Source: an uncultured virus (IMG/VR IMGVR_UViG_3300037455_000492)
Lineage: Duplodnaviria > Heunggongvirae > Uroviricota > Caudoviricetes
Direction: 5' to 3' (one strand)
Virus record (IMG/VR): IMGVR_UViG_3300037455_000492
Length of the DNA stretch: 64,000 bases
Made by a program: the position numbers and the translations under genes. Of the stretch, positions 49,757-61,900 are shown in pieces. Below the pieces are notes generated by a model. That model was given only the letters and a program-made list of their open reading frames with translations, was not told the DNA's origin and did no database searches. Position 1 is the first letter of the stretch, and each line of letters opens with the position of its first letter.

Positions 49757-49908
49757 TTGTTTTATCGCATTGGCTTATTATTGCTGTTGATAACTTTGTT
49801 GATAACTTTTTCAGAAAAAAATGTCGGGTGTATAAAAATTTTTGTATTTTTGCAGCGTGGTTGATTGATAGCCACGGCAACGAATTACAAACAATAAAAA
49901 TTAGAGAA

Positions 49909-50397
49909 ATGAAAAAGTTAGTTTTATTAGCAGCAATGGTATTAAGTCTGTTCACAACAGCAAACGCACAGTTGAATGTCCAACCCGTTGAAGAGTATGC
50001 AGGATATGTTTCCTTATACAAATTCAAATATCTTGGTACGGTTGTCGGAGAAATCCGATATGTTAAAGATTATGGATATGTTTTGTTTGGTGTAACCGAC
50101 AACAGATTTGAAAAGTCTATGGCAAGCATTTTCTTGGGCGAAACGCAAGATGAAGCAGGTCGCACTATTGCCGATTTAAGTGCATTTTATCGTAATGCAA
50201 AACTTGGAACATACGTTGTTCAAGGTTTTGATAATAAAAAAACTTATTTAACACTATCAACAATGTTTGGAAAACGAACAATAGGCATAAAAACAGATGG
50301 TGTCGCTGGAGAATCTGGTGTTGCTTATTGGTTTTGCGCAAAAGATGAAGTATATGGTGATGTTTTACACGCCATATATAGCAATAAAGAAGATTAG
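49909..50397 (+). CDS. Secreted/periplasmic protein with Bacteroidetes-type signal peptide
   Basis: MKKLVLLAAMVLSLFTTANA-Q; directly after promoter module copy 3. Confidence 0.65.
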   Translation: MKKLVLLAAMVLSLFTTANAQLNVQPVEEYAGYVSLYKFKYLGTVVGEIRYVKDYGYVLFGVTDNRFEKSMASIFLGETQDEAGRTIADLSAFYRNAKLGTYVVQGFDNKKTYLTLSTMFGKRTIGIKTDGVAGESGVAYWFCAKDEVYGDVLHAIYSNKED

Positions 50398-51372
50398 TCA
50401 ACCCAATAACCACAAAGTAATGAAAGTAAAACTGTATAATATGAGTGTTGTGACGGACATCATTGATTGCAACGACATAGACCACGTTGACAACCCGTGC
50501 TATTTCGATGATGTTGTCAGAGTACACCTCCGAAACCACCAAACGAAACTCTGTGACGATTTGGTGTTTCTGACAGAAGAAGAATCAAATGAAGTCAATA
50601 GTACATTGAATTTTTAACATATAAATCCAAGCAATATGAAAAGCGAATACGATTGGGTAATGTACTTGAGAGCGGGAATGCCGTTCAAGGTGTACGACAA
50701 CTCCTACTGCTACAAATTGGAAGCGGGCAAGGAGGAGAAAGTTTGGCTCGCGCCAGGATGCTGCGATGTCGATGGCGAGAATCCGTACAAACTCGTGATT
50801 GAGAAAGTTGTCGAATCCGAATGTTTGGGAGACGGCATATATAAAATGCAACTCCCCGTTGTCTATCTCAAATCAGAGGTGACTCACAACCACTACAAGG
50901 TTGGTGTTTGTTGGAGTAAAGAATGCGCGGAATCATTTATTTCATACTAACAATCAGCAATACAATTATGGCACACAAAATCAGAGCAAGATACAGAACG
51001 TTCAACCGCATACCGTATTACAACGGCGGCAGGGACAACAAGGACTACTACAATTCAAGGGGCGGTTCTTTCTACAGCCGCAACACAGTCCGAATCCCAT
51101 CGCTGAACGCCAACAACAAGACTTGGAACAACTTCTACAAACTGTTCCCGAACATCAAGCGTTTCCTTATGGGTGACGAAACCGCGCTCTACGGAACATT
51201 CCGCAAGACCGAATTTGACGATAAGAGCAATGTGTTCGTTGTCAGAATGGAACACTATGTCGGCGACAGATTCAACACGAGCAGAGGTAGGTTCAGCGTC
51301 CGCACGTTCAAATTCAAAAAAACTTGGTAAAGGTTTCGCAAGGTTTCAGATTTTTTTATTATATTAGTCAAA

Positions 51373-51882
51373 ATGGCAAAGATGAAAGAGTTAAAGGACA
51401 TAAAAATCTATCTCGCTTCCTCTATGGAATCGCAGTTCAGAGAAAAAATCAAGCAGGTAGCCGAAATTCTGCGGGAAACATTCAGAGACGTGTACGTCCC
51501 TATGGAACACATCGTGACTAACGCTTGGGACTATCCGAACAACGAATGGGGTCTTATGGTGTTCGAGGACGATTTGAGCGCAATCAACAACTGCGACTAC
51601 GTTGTGTTCCTCAATTACGGCAGGAAGAAAACAACCGCAGGCTGCGCTTGGGAGGCGGGCTATGCTTTCGCCCTCGGCAAGAAGGTGTTTGTCGTTGATA
51701 TGTGCGAGGACATCAACAACGAAATCAAGAAACGCATCCAAGAAGGCAAGCCCTATGAGATGTTCATCACATCCCTTATGATTGAGAACGGGCGTTACGC
51801 CACAATCAACGGCATAGAGGGTCTGTCGAAATACGATTGGGAGAATCTCCCGAAAACAAGAACGCTGTACGAACAGAAATAA
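51373..51882 (+). CDS. Nucleoside 2-deoxyribosyltransferase-like protein
   Basis: IYLAS, FEDDLSAINNCD, GCAWEAGYAFALGK. Confidence 0.8.
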   Translation: MAKMKELKDIKIYLASSMESQFREKIKQVAEILRETFRDVYVPMEHIVTNAWDYPNNEWGLMVFEDDLSAINNCDYVVFLNYGRKKTTAGCAWEAGYAFALGKKVFVVDMCEDINNEIKKRIQEGKPYEMFITSLMIENGRYATINGIEGLSKYDWENLPKTRTLYEQK

Positions 51883-52139
51883 GCGAAATGTATGAAAGGT
51901 TATCAGATTTGGATGGAAGTGTATGTCGAAGATGACGAGGATTGGTGCGGCTCGTCTGGGCATACCGAAAACAGATGCTATTCAAGCACCGTCTATCTTG
52001 ACAAAAACAAGGCGGAGGAAGTTATGAACGGTATCAACAAACTCACCGCATACCCGACTTGCGGGTTGAGCGCATCCTATTGCAAAGACCTATTCTTGCG
52101 AGAAGTTGAAATTAAATAAACATAAAAATACAGAATACT

Positions 52140-53792
52140 ATGAAAGAAGACAAGTCAATTATATGTGAAGTGATAATCAAGGCTGTCGGCGATGCCGCAG
52201 ACGAACTCGGATACGATGCCTATATGGTTGGCGGGTATGTCCGTGACAAGATTATGAAGCGCGAATCCGAAGACATCGACTTCGTGTGCGTGGGCGGCGA
52301 AACCCCCGATGTACGTGCGGGAATTGCCGTAGCCAACCGCGCAGCGGAGAAACTCGGTGTCGGCAAGGTCGAGGAGTTCAAGAATTTCGGCACTGCGCAT
52401 TTCGTCTATGACGGCGTTGAGGCGGAATTTGTCGGCGCACGCAGGGAGAGTTACAGCCGTGGTAGCCGCAAGCCCGTTGTCGAGAACGGCACGCTCGAAG
52501 ACGACCTCAACAGACGCGACCTCACCATCAACGCAATCGCGTACTGCGTGAACGGAAACAAGCGCGGTTACATCGACAAGTTTGACGGCAAGGATGATAT
52601 CAAGCACGGTATCATCCGCACCCCGCTCGACCCGAACATCACATTCTCTGATGACCCGCTCCGTATGCTTCGAGCAATCCGTTTCGCAGTCAAGTTCGGT
52701 TTCAACATAGAGTATCGTACACTGAAGGGGATTGAAAAAAACGCACGCCGAATTTCGATTATCTCCGCAGAGAGAATCAGCGCGGAACTGAACAAAATCC
52801 TTATGAGCGACCAACCGTCACGCGGCATCAAACTGCTCAACAGCACGGGTCTGCTGAAACTTATCCTACCGAGCGTAGCAGCCTTGGACAGAGTGGAAAC
52901 CAAGAACGGCGTTTCGCACAAAAACAATTTCTTCCACACACTCGGCGTTCTGTCCTATGTGTGCAGCCACGGCGCGAGCCTCAATGTTCGTTGGGCTGCG
53001 CTGCTCCACGACATCGGCAAGACAAAAACGCAGAAGTTCGAGAACGGCACTTGGACGTTCCGCTACCACGAGGTAGAGGGCGCGAAGATGGTAGCCAGAA
53101 TCTTCCACCAACTGAAAATGCCTCTTGACGATATGAAGCACGTTCAGAAATTGGTCGAACTGCATATGCGCCCGCAGGCAATCGTTGAGGAAGTCACCGA
53201 TTCCGCAATCCGCAGGCTTATGTTCGATGCGGGCGATGACCTCGAAGACCTTATGCTTCTGTGTATGGGCGATGTCACATCGAAGAATGACGAAAAGGTC
53301 AAGAAAATCCGCGCAGGGTTCGAGCATCTGAAAGAGAAGTTCATCGACCTTGAGGAAAGAGACCACATCAGAAACTTCCAACCGCCCGTGAACGGTGACG
53401 AGATTATGGAGATGCTGCACTTGGAGCCAGGTCGTATGGTGGGTATCGTCAAGGAGAATATCAAGAACGCAATCCTTGACGGCGAACTTGAAAACGACCA
53501 CGACAAAGTTGCCGCGTACATTATGCAGAAATACACTTCCACCAACACCATCCGCGAGGATTCGGAGAAGAAAGAACCCGTCAACTCCGTGTGCGTCCAA
53601 AAAAATCCTTTGTCAATGGAGGAGAAGTGCAGCACGGTCAAACGCTACATTGAAGAGCGTATGAACGAACTGTGGGAGAAAATCCCCGATGCGCACGATG
53701 TGGAGAACGACAATATCACAACCAAGGATGCCATCGTTCTCGGCAGGTTTATGGAACTCGAACAACTTGAAAATTTCATTGAAAAACTGTAA
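52140..53792 (+). CDS. cca: CCA-adding tRNA nucleotidyltransferase with HD domain
   Basis: VGGYVRD, DIDF, RRDLTINA, DDPLRMLRAIRF, LLHDIGK. Confidence 0.9.
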   Translation: MKEDKSIICEVIIKAVGDAADELGYDAYMVGGYVRDKIMKRESEDIDFVCVGGETPDVRAGIAVANRAAEKLGVGKVEEFKNFGTAHFVYDGVEAEFVGARRESYSRGSRKPVVENGTLEDDLNRRDLTINAIAYCVNGNKRGYIDKFDGKDDIKHGIIRTPLDPNITFSDDPLRMLRAIRFAVKFGFNIEYRTLKGIEKNARRISIISAERISAELNKILMSDQPSRGIKLLNSTGLLKLILPSVAALDRVETKNGVSHKNNFFHTLGVLSYVCSHGASLNVRWAALLHDIGKTKTQKFENGTWTFRYHEVEGAKMVARIFHQLKMPLDDMKHVQKLVELHMRPQAIVEEVTDSAIRRLMFDAGDDLEDLMLLCMGDVTSKNDEKVKKIRAGFEHLKEKFIDLEERDHIRNFQPPVNGDEIMEMLHLEPGRMVGIVKENIKNAILDGELENDHDKVAAYIMQKYTSTNTIREDSEKKEPVNSVCVQKNPLSMEEKCSTVKRYIEERMNELWEKIPDAHDVENDNITTKDAIVLGRFMELEQLENFIEKL

Positions 53793-54073
53793 GATATGAA
53801 ACTCACAATCATTCATAACGGAGAGGAATTCTCCATTGAGTCAAAGCGCGGAAAGGTCAGCAACATCGTCCAAAGCAATCTTGACGAGGATTATATCAAA
53901 TTGTCGTTCCCGCACACAATCAGCAGCGCGATAATCAACCTGCAACAAGGTCTGCGCAAAGGCGACAAATGCGTCATCGAATCCGATAACGGAACGTTTG
54001 AAGGCGAATGGCATTGCCCATCGAGCATTGACGGAAATCCAGTGATTAAACTAACAACCAAAAGATAATTAGT

Positions 54074-54694
54074 ATGAAACCTTATGTCTATTTAGCGGGA
54101 CAAATTACAAAAAATTGGTGGCGAAATGCGCTTACCGATATGGAGTATATGAATGTAAATGAAACAAGAACTCCATTTGTCAATGTGTATAATGGAAACA
54201 AGGATGATTATTTTTATTCAACTTATGATTGCGGAAATTTTATCGTAACTGGACCGCACGCCGTTGGATGTGACCATCAATGTTATCACGATTTTTTGCA
54301 CGCGGCAAACGGATATTGCCTTGGAAGTGGTGACGTATTTGTTACCAAAAAAGAAATATGCGATGCTTGCTGTGACCAAATAAAAAGGGCTGATTTATTG
54401 TTTGCTTATATCGAAAGCGAGGACGCATTTGGCACTTTTTCTGAAATCGGTGTTGCGAGGGGGTTTGGCAAGTACATACATATTCTATTCCAAACAAAGA
54501 AACTCGCGCAAAAACTTTGGTTTTTGTCAGTAATGGCTGACGAATTCAGCATACAAGACGGCGAGAATGTGCCAGAAATAAGAAAAGCATTCCAAAAATG
54601 CTTGGCTGATTACGACACAATGAAAATAGAAGAAATGTGTAAAAAAGCCGAATTCAATGTGGCACAAAAAGAAAAAAGCAAGAAAAACAAATAA
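54074..54694 (+). CDS. Second nucleoside deoxyribosyltransferase-like protein
   Basis: VYLAGQI, IKRADLLFA, GTFSEIGVA...GK. Confidence 0.65.
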   Translation: MKPYVYLAGQITKNWWRNALTDMEYMNVNETRTPFVNVYNGNKDDYFYSTYDCGNFIVTGPHAVGCDHQCYHDFLHAANGYCLGSGDVFVTKKEICDACCDQIKRADLLFAYIESEDAFGTFSEIGVARGFGKYIHILFQTKKLAQKLWFLSVMADEFSIQDGENVPEIRKAFQKCLADYDTMKIEEMCKKAEFNVAQKEKSKKNK

Positions 54695-54714
54695 ATCATC
54701 TAATATAATCAATT

Positions 54715-55566
54715 ATGGCAAGCAAAGACAGTTTGGGCGACCGTATGAAAGAGAACTACGAAGCCCGATTCAAATTCAAATTATTGAGACGGACACCCGT
54801 CATCATCCGCATTGACGGCAAGGCGTTCCACAGTTTCACCCGTGGTTTCAACCGCCCGTTTGACCGTGTTCTGTCAAACGCTATGGACAGAACTATGAAA
54901 TCGCTGTGCAGCAGCATCCAAGGATGCGTGTTCGGATACACGCAGTCTGACGAAATCACAATCGTTATGCACGACTACGAGAGCCTCAACAGTTGCGCGT
55001 GGTTCGACAACGAAGTGCAGAAGATTTGCTCCATCGCCGCTTCTATGGCTACCTGCCAATTCAACAAGGCATTCGCCGATGAGGTCGCCATTTTCCGTCA
55101 GAAGGTTTATTTCACCAACATCAATGAGGACGATTCATTGAAGAAAGACTACTACATTGATGACATCGAGACGGCGAAGAAACTGCACGAGAAATACGCG
55201 AGCAGGCTGCATACAGCAATGTTTGACGCACGCTGTTTCAACATACCCATTGCCGAGGTAGCGAACTGCGTCCTTTGGCGGCAGCAGGATGCCACCCGCA
55301 ACAGCATCGAGATGGCGGGCAGGTACTATTTCAGCCATTCGGAACTCCACAAGAAAAATTCAAGCAACATCCAAGATATGCTGATGGAGAAATTCGGCGT
55401 TAATTGGAACGACTACCCCGTGCGGTACAAGCGCGGCTGTGCCTGCTACAAGCGGTGGGTCGGCGAGAAACCGCTTGGCAAAAGCGAATGGTACGTGGAC
55501 TACGATATGCCAATCATCTCCAAGGACAGAAATTATATCGAGCAGTACATTTTGCCGAAAGATTAA
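54715..55566 (+). CDS. thg1: tRNA(His) guanylyltransferase Thg1-like (3'-5' polymerase)
   Basis: RIDGKAFHSFT, YTQSDEI, FDAR, WRQQDATRNS. Confidence 0.9.
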   Translation: MASKDSLGDRMKENYEARFKFKLLRRTPVIIRIDGKAFHSFTRGFNRPFDRVLSNAMDRTMKSLCSSIQGCVFGYTQSDEITIVMHDYESLNSCAWFDNEVQKICSIAASMATCQFNKAFADEVAIFRQKVYFTNINEDDSLKKDYYIDDIETAKKLHEKYASRLHTAMFDARCFNIPIAEVANCVLWRQQDATRNSIEMAGRYYFSHSELHKKNSSNIQDMLMEKFGVNWNDYPVRYKRGCACYKRWVGEKPLGKSEWYVDYDMPIISKDRNYIEQYILPKD

Positions 55567-57643
55567 CAATTCACTTTTTTATAAACAATCAAAAACCAAA
55601 AATTATGCTTACAATTATTTTATTAGCAGCAATTACAATCGGATGTATCATTTGGTCTTGCAAATCCGAATGGGATGTACAAGACGTAGCCATCGGCTTC
55701 GCTATCGTTATGTGCTTGTGCCTATCCATCGTTCTTCTGACCTTGTGCAACAGAGGCAAGCGTTTCGAGTATGCCAAGCAGGAATACCTCAACTTGAAAA
55801 CGCAGGTCGAGGAATACAACTCACTGCCCGACTCCTGCAAGTTGGTGACATTCGAATATGACATCAGAAAGGACGTGTTGGCAATGAACAACAAAATCTC
55901 CCGCCACGCCGTTATGCACAAGAGCATTTGGAAGGGCCCCTGGTTCAGCGAGGAAATCGGTCAACTCCCCAAACTCCATATTGTCGCAAAGACCAACAGT
56001 GACATCATTCAGCAAGAAACTGAAAAATAGCAAACTATGAACATTGACTTTGAAATTTGCGAGAAACCTATGCCGTTCAACAAGGACGCTGTTAAGTTTT
56101 TGTCCGAAAAGGGCAGTGTGATGTTTCTGTGGCTTCGTGAAACGAAAGACGAATACGACTACGACAAGCACAAGGATGTCAAAAAAATTACGGACAAAAT
56201 AGTCACGATAAACATCCACCCGAACATCACCATTGTCGGACACGATTTTTTCAGTGACATACGTTTCCGCAACACGGAACTCATAGGATACTGCCCCCTT
56301 GAGTTCCCAAGTCAATGTCAAATCTCAATCTGATTCGTTATGAAAGAAAAAGTATTTTCCACATTTCTCGGAATGCCAATTGTTATGGAGGTTGTGAAAG
56401 AGGATGAATCACAGTACCCGTACCAACTCACGCCAATCAAATTCTCGAAAAAGGATATGAAACGGCTGAACATCAGCGAGCGCGACAACTATTGCCACAT
56501 CACAAAGAACGGCAAGAAAGTCAGCGACTTGATATTCAGACGCGGCGGTTTCTCATCATCCTTAAAGGATATGAACACGAAACGCTATGTCGAACTTCTG
56601 ACCTATGACGAGGACAGATACAGCGATTCCGTGGTAAAGGATTGCAAACTCAAAAGTCCGTATTGCCTGCAATCGCACAACTGCGTTTTTGATATGGAGA
56701 AGCACGAAATCGCGTTCAAGACGAATGACCGTTTCCACGATTATATCTTCATCTACGAAAATCTGTGCATCAGCAAAATCAATGACGGAGTTTGGTTTCT
56801 TCCCGAAAGAAAGTGGGTGCTTGACAAATCCTACAACTTGGACGGCTATATCGAAACCAAGCAGTTCATCTACGCCTATTCGGACAAATACAGAAAAGAG
56901 AACACGATTATGTACCGCATCGACAAAATAACGGGAGAGGTCGTGAACTGCAACGAAATAAACGGAACGGAATAATTATGGACGACTATTCAAGTTTTGA
57001 ACTCGGACTGCTGCTGAAAAAGGCGGGGTTTGACGAAGCGTGCTTTATGGCATACGTCAAGTTCAACCACGGACTGAAAACATTGAAGTACGTGGACTGC
57101 CCGACCAACAGCGACTTGAACCATCTGTGGTGCAACACCGAGTTTTGCAGCGCACCGACACACCAATCCGTTCTGAAATGGCTTCGCGACAAGTACAAAA
57201 TCCTCGTATATATCGACTATGACGGTATGACGGACAACTACTGTTGGGCTACAACCGATTTGGTGAGCGGCGACCCAAGACCCTATGACGGCATTGCCGA
57301 CTCATATTACGATGCGGTCGAAAACGCCGTGAAATACATTGTGAAAAACGTCATACCGAAAGACATCGAGTGGGCAGAAAAACAAAGATAATATGGAAAT
57401 AAACGAAAGACGAAAGCAGATAACGAAAGAGGTCAAGAAAATTATCCAAGACCAATTCAACAGTTGGCATTCGAGAGACTGCGCGGAATGCCCGTTCACA
57501 GACGAATGCAAATACACGGTTATGAACACACAAAACTCTTCATCGCTGTGCGAACTTGTATCGCGCAATTCAGATTCCAACAATGCGCCGACAAGGAAAG
57601 CAAACGAAGAAAATCTGATTTCTTGGTGACATTCAATAATTTT

Positions 57644-58060
57644 CGAAATTACCCCCTTTAATCTTGTAAACAATAGAAACAAATAGTATGACAAGGCGAG
57701 AATTGGAAAATATGCAATGTGTACATAAGAAAATGCAGTTCGGCAAATATAAGGGAATGTGTATTCTTGATGTAATTGACAAGGATGCCTCTTATATCGT
57801 ATGGTGCATAAAAAATGTGAAAGGATTTGAACTTGACGAAAATTTAGTTCACGATATGCTTGCCCAATATGAACGTCACCATCGGAATTTGCAAAATGAC
57901 ACACCGCAAGTTTTACATCTTATGAAAACCTATGGTATGCACGCAAACGAGGCAATTGACTTCATTGACAATAACGAAATGCCCGAACATTTCTGATTAT
58001 GAGACTTTGTAAACACAATTTATAACTGTCATTTTTTACAAGACTAAAGAGACAATTCCG
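57644..58060 (+). mobile_element. TIR cassette with cargo ORF 57688-57996
   Basis: TIRs 57644-57668 and 58037-58060; TSD ataatttt at 57636-57643 and 58061-58068. Confidence 0.9.
57688..57996 (+). CDS. DUF3820/ExoX C-terminal-like small protein, cassette cargo
   Basis: MQFGKYKG...D..Y..W motif. Confidence 0.65.
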   Translation: MTRRELENMQCVHKKMQFGKYKGMCILDVIDKDASYIVWCIKNVKGFELDENLVHDMLAQYERHHRNLQNDTPQVLHLMKTYGMHANEAIDFIDNNEMPEHF

Positions 58061-58967
58061 ATAATTTTTATTATATTATAGAAAAACGATATGGACGTAA
58101 GATACCTATTTGACACTGACGAGATTGAGGTTACGGACGAATTCGGATTCCCGACATACTATCCTATGTCGGAACTCAAGGAGATAGACGCAAACGAAAG
58201 AGAACTCGGAACGGAAACCGAATACTTGATTGAGGAAAGGGGTTTGCACGTGGTGATGTACCCAGAGGGGGTGGTGTCGGATTATTTTATTGACGAGGAC
58301 TAAAAAACACAAGGAAATGGAAGAAAAGCCGAAAATCAAATTCAAGAATTTCAAGATATGGTTCGCCGACCAATGGAAACGCAAGAGGTTTTTTTACAAC
58401 TTCTTCATTTCAAGGAACGCTTGGGGTGCGTTTTCAATCAATTCACACATCAACCAAGGAAGCGGCAAGCCAAAAGTGATGTACAACACACTCAAGACGG
58501 CGTTGAAAAGCGCGGAGAAAATGTCGGAGAAGCACGGCACGCATTTTAGCACTTACAAATGCTTGTTCTGTGACGGATACCATATCGGCAAAAACAGAGA
58601 CAATAAAATTAAAAAAACAGACAAAAATGACGGAGAATAAAGAAGTTGTGCAGAATGTGAAGGAATGGATGGTGACTATATTCATCGTGCTGTTCCTTGT
58701 CGTGGGGTTCGCCCTTTCGGTTTTCACGAAAGAGTACAAGGCTACTCGGAAAACAAACAAATTGGAAGTCGGCGACAGATTCAAGGTGGAATTCGTTTCC
58801 GATAACCCCTATGAAGACCACATCATTTTCGGCGGAACGATAACCGCGAAGCACGGGAACTACATCCAATATGTGAACGAGAAAGGCGACACCGTCTCAA
58901 CGAACATTCGTGATGCATACCGTTTTCCAAAAATGTTCACAGTCACAGTTTACAAAAACAAAGAGAA

Positions 58968-61900
58968 ATGAGCAAGACAATAATCACAGTAAGAAGAAAA
59001 AGTGACGGCAAGATTCTGAAGGATGTAATCAACGATTCCTGCCAAGTACACAACATCTATGACGGAGATGAACTCGTTGAATCCAACAAGGATTACACAA
59101 TCGGCTATGTCGAGGACGGAGGATTTCTCGATTGGTCTGACTACGAGGAAGTCTATGACTGCGATGAAACCGATGAGCAAAGAGAGGAATCCAACAAACT
59201 GCTCGACAACTTGGATAAATTGTCAAGGTACAACACGAACCTTCTGATTGCCGACTTGTGCGCCCGCCTGCCGTACAATGTGGTCTGCCATATCTCGCAG
59301 CACGTGCAGGGCGGTGACTTGGAGCGTGACGACATACTTCAAAAAATCGAAAAAGACGGGACTTGCGAATTCTTGGAGACCGTAGGTTTTGAATACGGAT
59401 GGTTCTTTGCCGAAACGGAAGTGCGCCCGTACCTGCGCCGTATGAACACTATGACAACGCAGGAAGGTTTTGAATTCAACGGGCTGCGCAACGAACACGC
59501 TAATTTCGATTTCCAAGTTACATCGCATTTGTTGTACGATTGGCTCAACAAAAAGCATTTCGACTACAGAGGACTTATCGACAGAGGTCTTGCAATAGAA
59601 GTCACTGACGAAAACAACCCGTATTAAGAAATGAAACAATTAATCACAAAGGAAGAATACATCGAGTCGGGCGAAAATGGAATACGTTTCGTGAAACTCA
59701 CGCCGAAGCAGAAAAAGGCAATAAACAAAAGATTGGTCGGGGTCAGACAGCGTGTCATCGATAACAGCATAAAAGCACGCGAAGAGGCTTCGAAAATCCA
59801 CATAAACCGATAGTTATGGAAATCGAAGAAATCAACAGATTGTTTGAAACCTCGCAGCAGTACGAGGAATTCAAGACAACTAACGGCAAGCAACTCCGAA
59901 TCGGCGACTATGTTCGTGTGAACAAAATCGCCGAGCGCAAGTATATCCACCAAGGGATGTACAAAATCGGATTCAGTTTCATAGGCGGACTCCGCTTTGA
60001 ATTGGTGGGCATCTACAAAGAAGAACACAAAGTAGAGCCGAACAACAAATACAAATACAAATTGGAGTGCGAATACAACCAATGGCTCGGCAGCACTTCG
60101 TTCAACAGCCTGCAATTCTATAAAGAAAAAGAGCAGCAGGTTTGGTATATTGACGGCGAGGTGTCCGATGTATTCAAAATCGAAAACCCGCGTGACGAGA
60201 TAAAGAAAATCACCTTGCTTTGGCACGTCCACCAAAATTTTGTCAAGGAGATTGACAAAATAACCAACAGAGACAGAACCGACCAAAACGACCCGATTAA
60301 CTTCGAGTACGAGGCAATTGAAAAATACATTCACGAGAATTTGGACAAACTTAATTTTTGATTTTATGAAAAAGGAACAAAAAGAACTGCTGTTGAACAC
60401 CTTGCTTCGCGGAGTGCAGCACGGGTTGAACGTGATGCGTGGCGACACCATATATGACTTATATATGGTCGGCGACCAAAAAGCCGTTGTCGTAAAGACG
60501 CTTATGAGCAACTTGGAAACATTCCCCATCACGGAACTCAAACCAATTATGCGCCCGATTTCCGATATGAAGCCCGATGAGGTGAAACGGTTATACGATA
60601 TACTTTCCATAGATATGGACAACAACGATTGGCTGAAAGTGAACGACCTCGGAGTTATGCGCCTTTACAGTGAGCAGGGAAAGGAATACTGCGACATCGC
60701 CAAGTCTATGGATTATCTCGATTCAATCCACGTTGACTACCGTGGTTTAATCAAAAGCGGAATCGCTATCGACATAACGAAAAACAAACAAATCAAATTG
60801 GTATGGAAGTCACTATAACCAAAAAACTGTTTTTGACAGTTGACATAGACATCCCCGATGACGAAATCACGCAGGAACGCCTTTCGGAAGAAATAAAGAA
60901 AGTCATTGAAAAGCACGATGACATAGAAGATTGGGACACTACTGATTGGACGGGCAAAGAGCGTTACGAGGCATACGAAACATACGGCGGCACTGAACTT
61001 GAATTGAATTTTTGATATGGAAATAGATTGCAAAGAGGAAAAACAGATTGCCGAGGCAATCGTTGCCGCACGGAAGATGCAGGAATTTCTGTGGGGTGAG
61101 TACAACGGTCAGTGGAACATCGAGGAATGGCGGCGTATGTTCAGAAAGCGCATACAGAAGATTGACGACATTGACCCCGCCAACCCGCACGCCAAGGTTG
61201 AGATGCGGAAACGCCTCGTCCAAAACGCCGCTCTTTCAATCGCGCTGCTCCGAATAATTGACGAGGAGGGCATTCCGACAAAGGACTGCGACATACCGAG
61301 CAACCTGCCGCAATACAGCCAACCCTTAACACACAAGATATGACAAAGGAAGAAATATTTGACATCAACGGCAAGAATCCGAAAGTCGGCGACAGAATCG
61401 CCTTGGCTGTCGGTTGGGGGACGAACAACGCATACCTCAACATCTGCACAATCAAAGAGATTGTCGAACACCCGAAAACCGTTGAGGTGAAACTAACGAC
61501 CGAACTGACGGGTCTATACAACAGACTGACTGACATTCGATATGAATGGAAGCCCGTCATCAAATTCCCTATGGAGCATTGCAAATTCATTATATTATGA
61601 CACAGAACGAAACAAAGAAAAACAGAGACCTGCGGGACATAATCATCTTCATCATTATGGTTCTGCTTGCACTAACGGCGGTTATTGTCAGTTACTTCGA
61701 AAACAAGAAAGACCGCGATATGTGCAAAACAATTGAAAGCGAAATGCGAGGCAGCGCGTTTTCCGCCCCGTCAATCGCAACGGACATAAATTGGTCGCCG
61801 AAGTACAGAAAGGAAACCTTCAGCGGGCATACCTATGTAATCCGTATGTATGATTCGCAGCAGATGGTTCACGACCCCGACTGTGCCTGCCAAAAGAAAA

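Noticed and set aside
59624..60625. Long minus-strand ORF and similar antisense ORFs (e.g. 42481-43182, 44008-44775, 52866-53600)
   Set aside because: They overlap well-supported plus-strand genes and show no recognisable motifs
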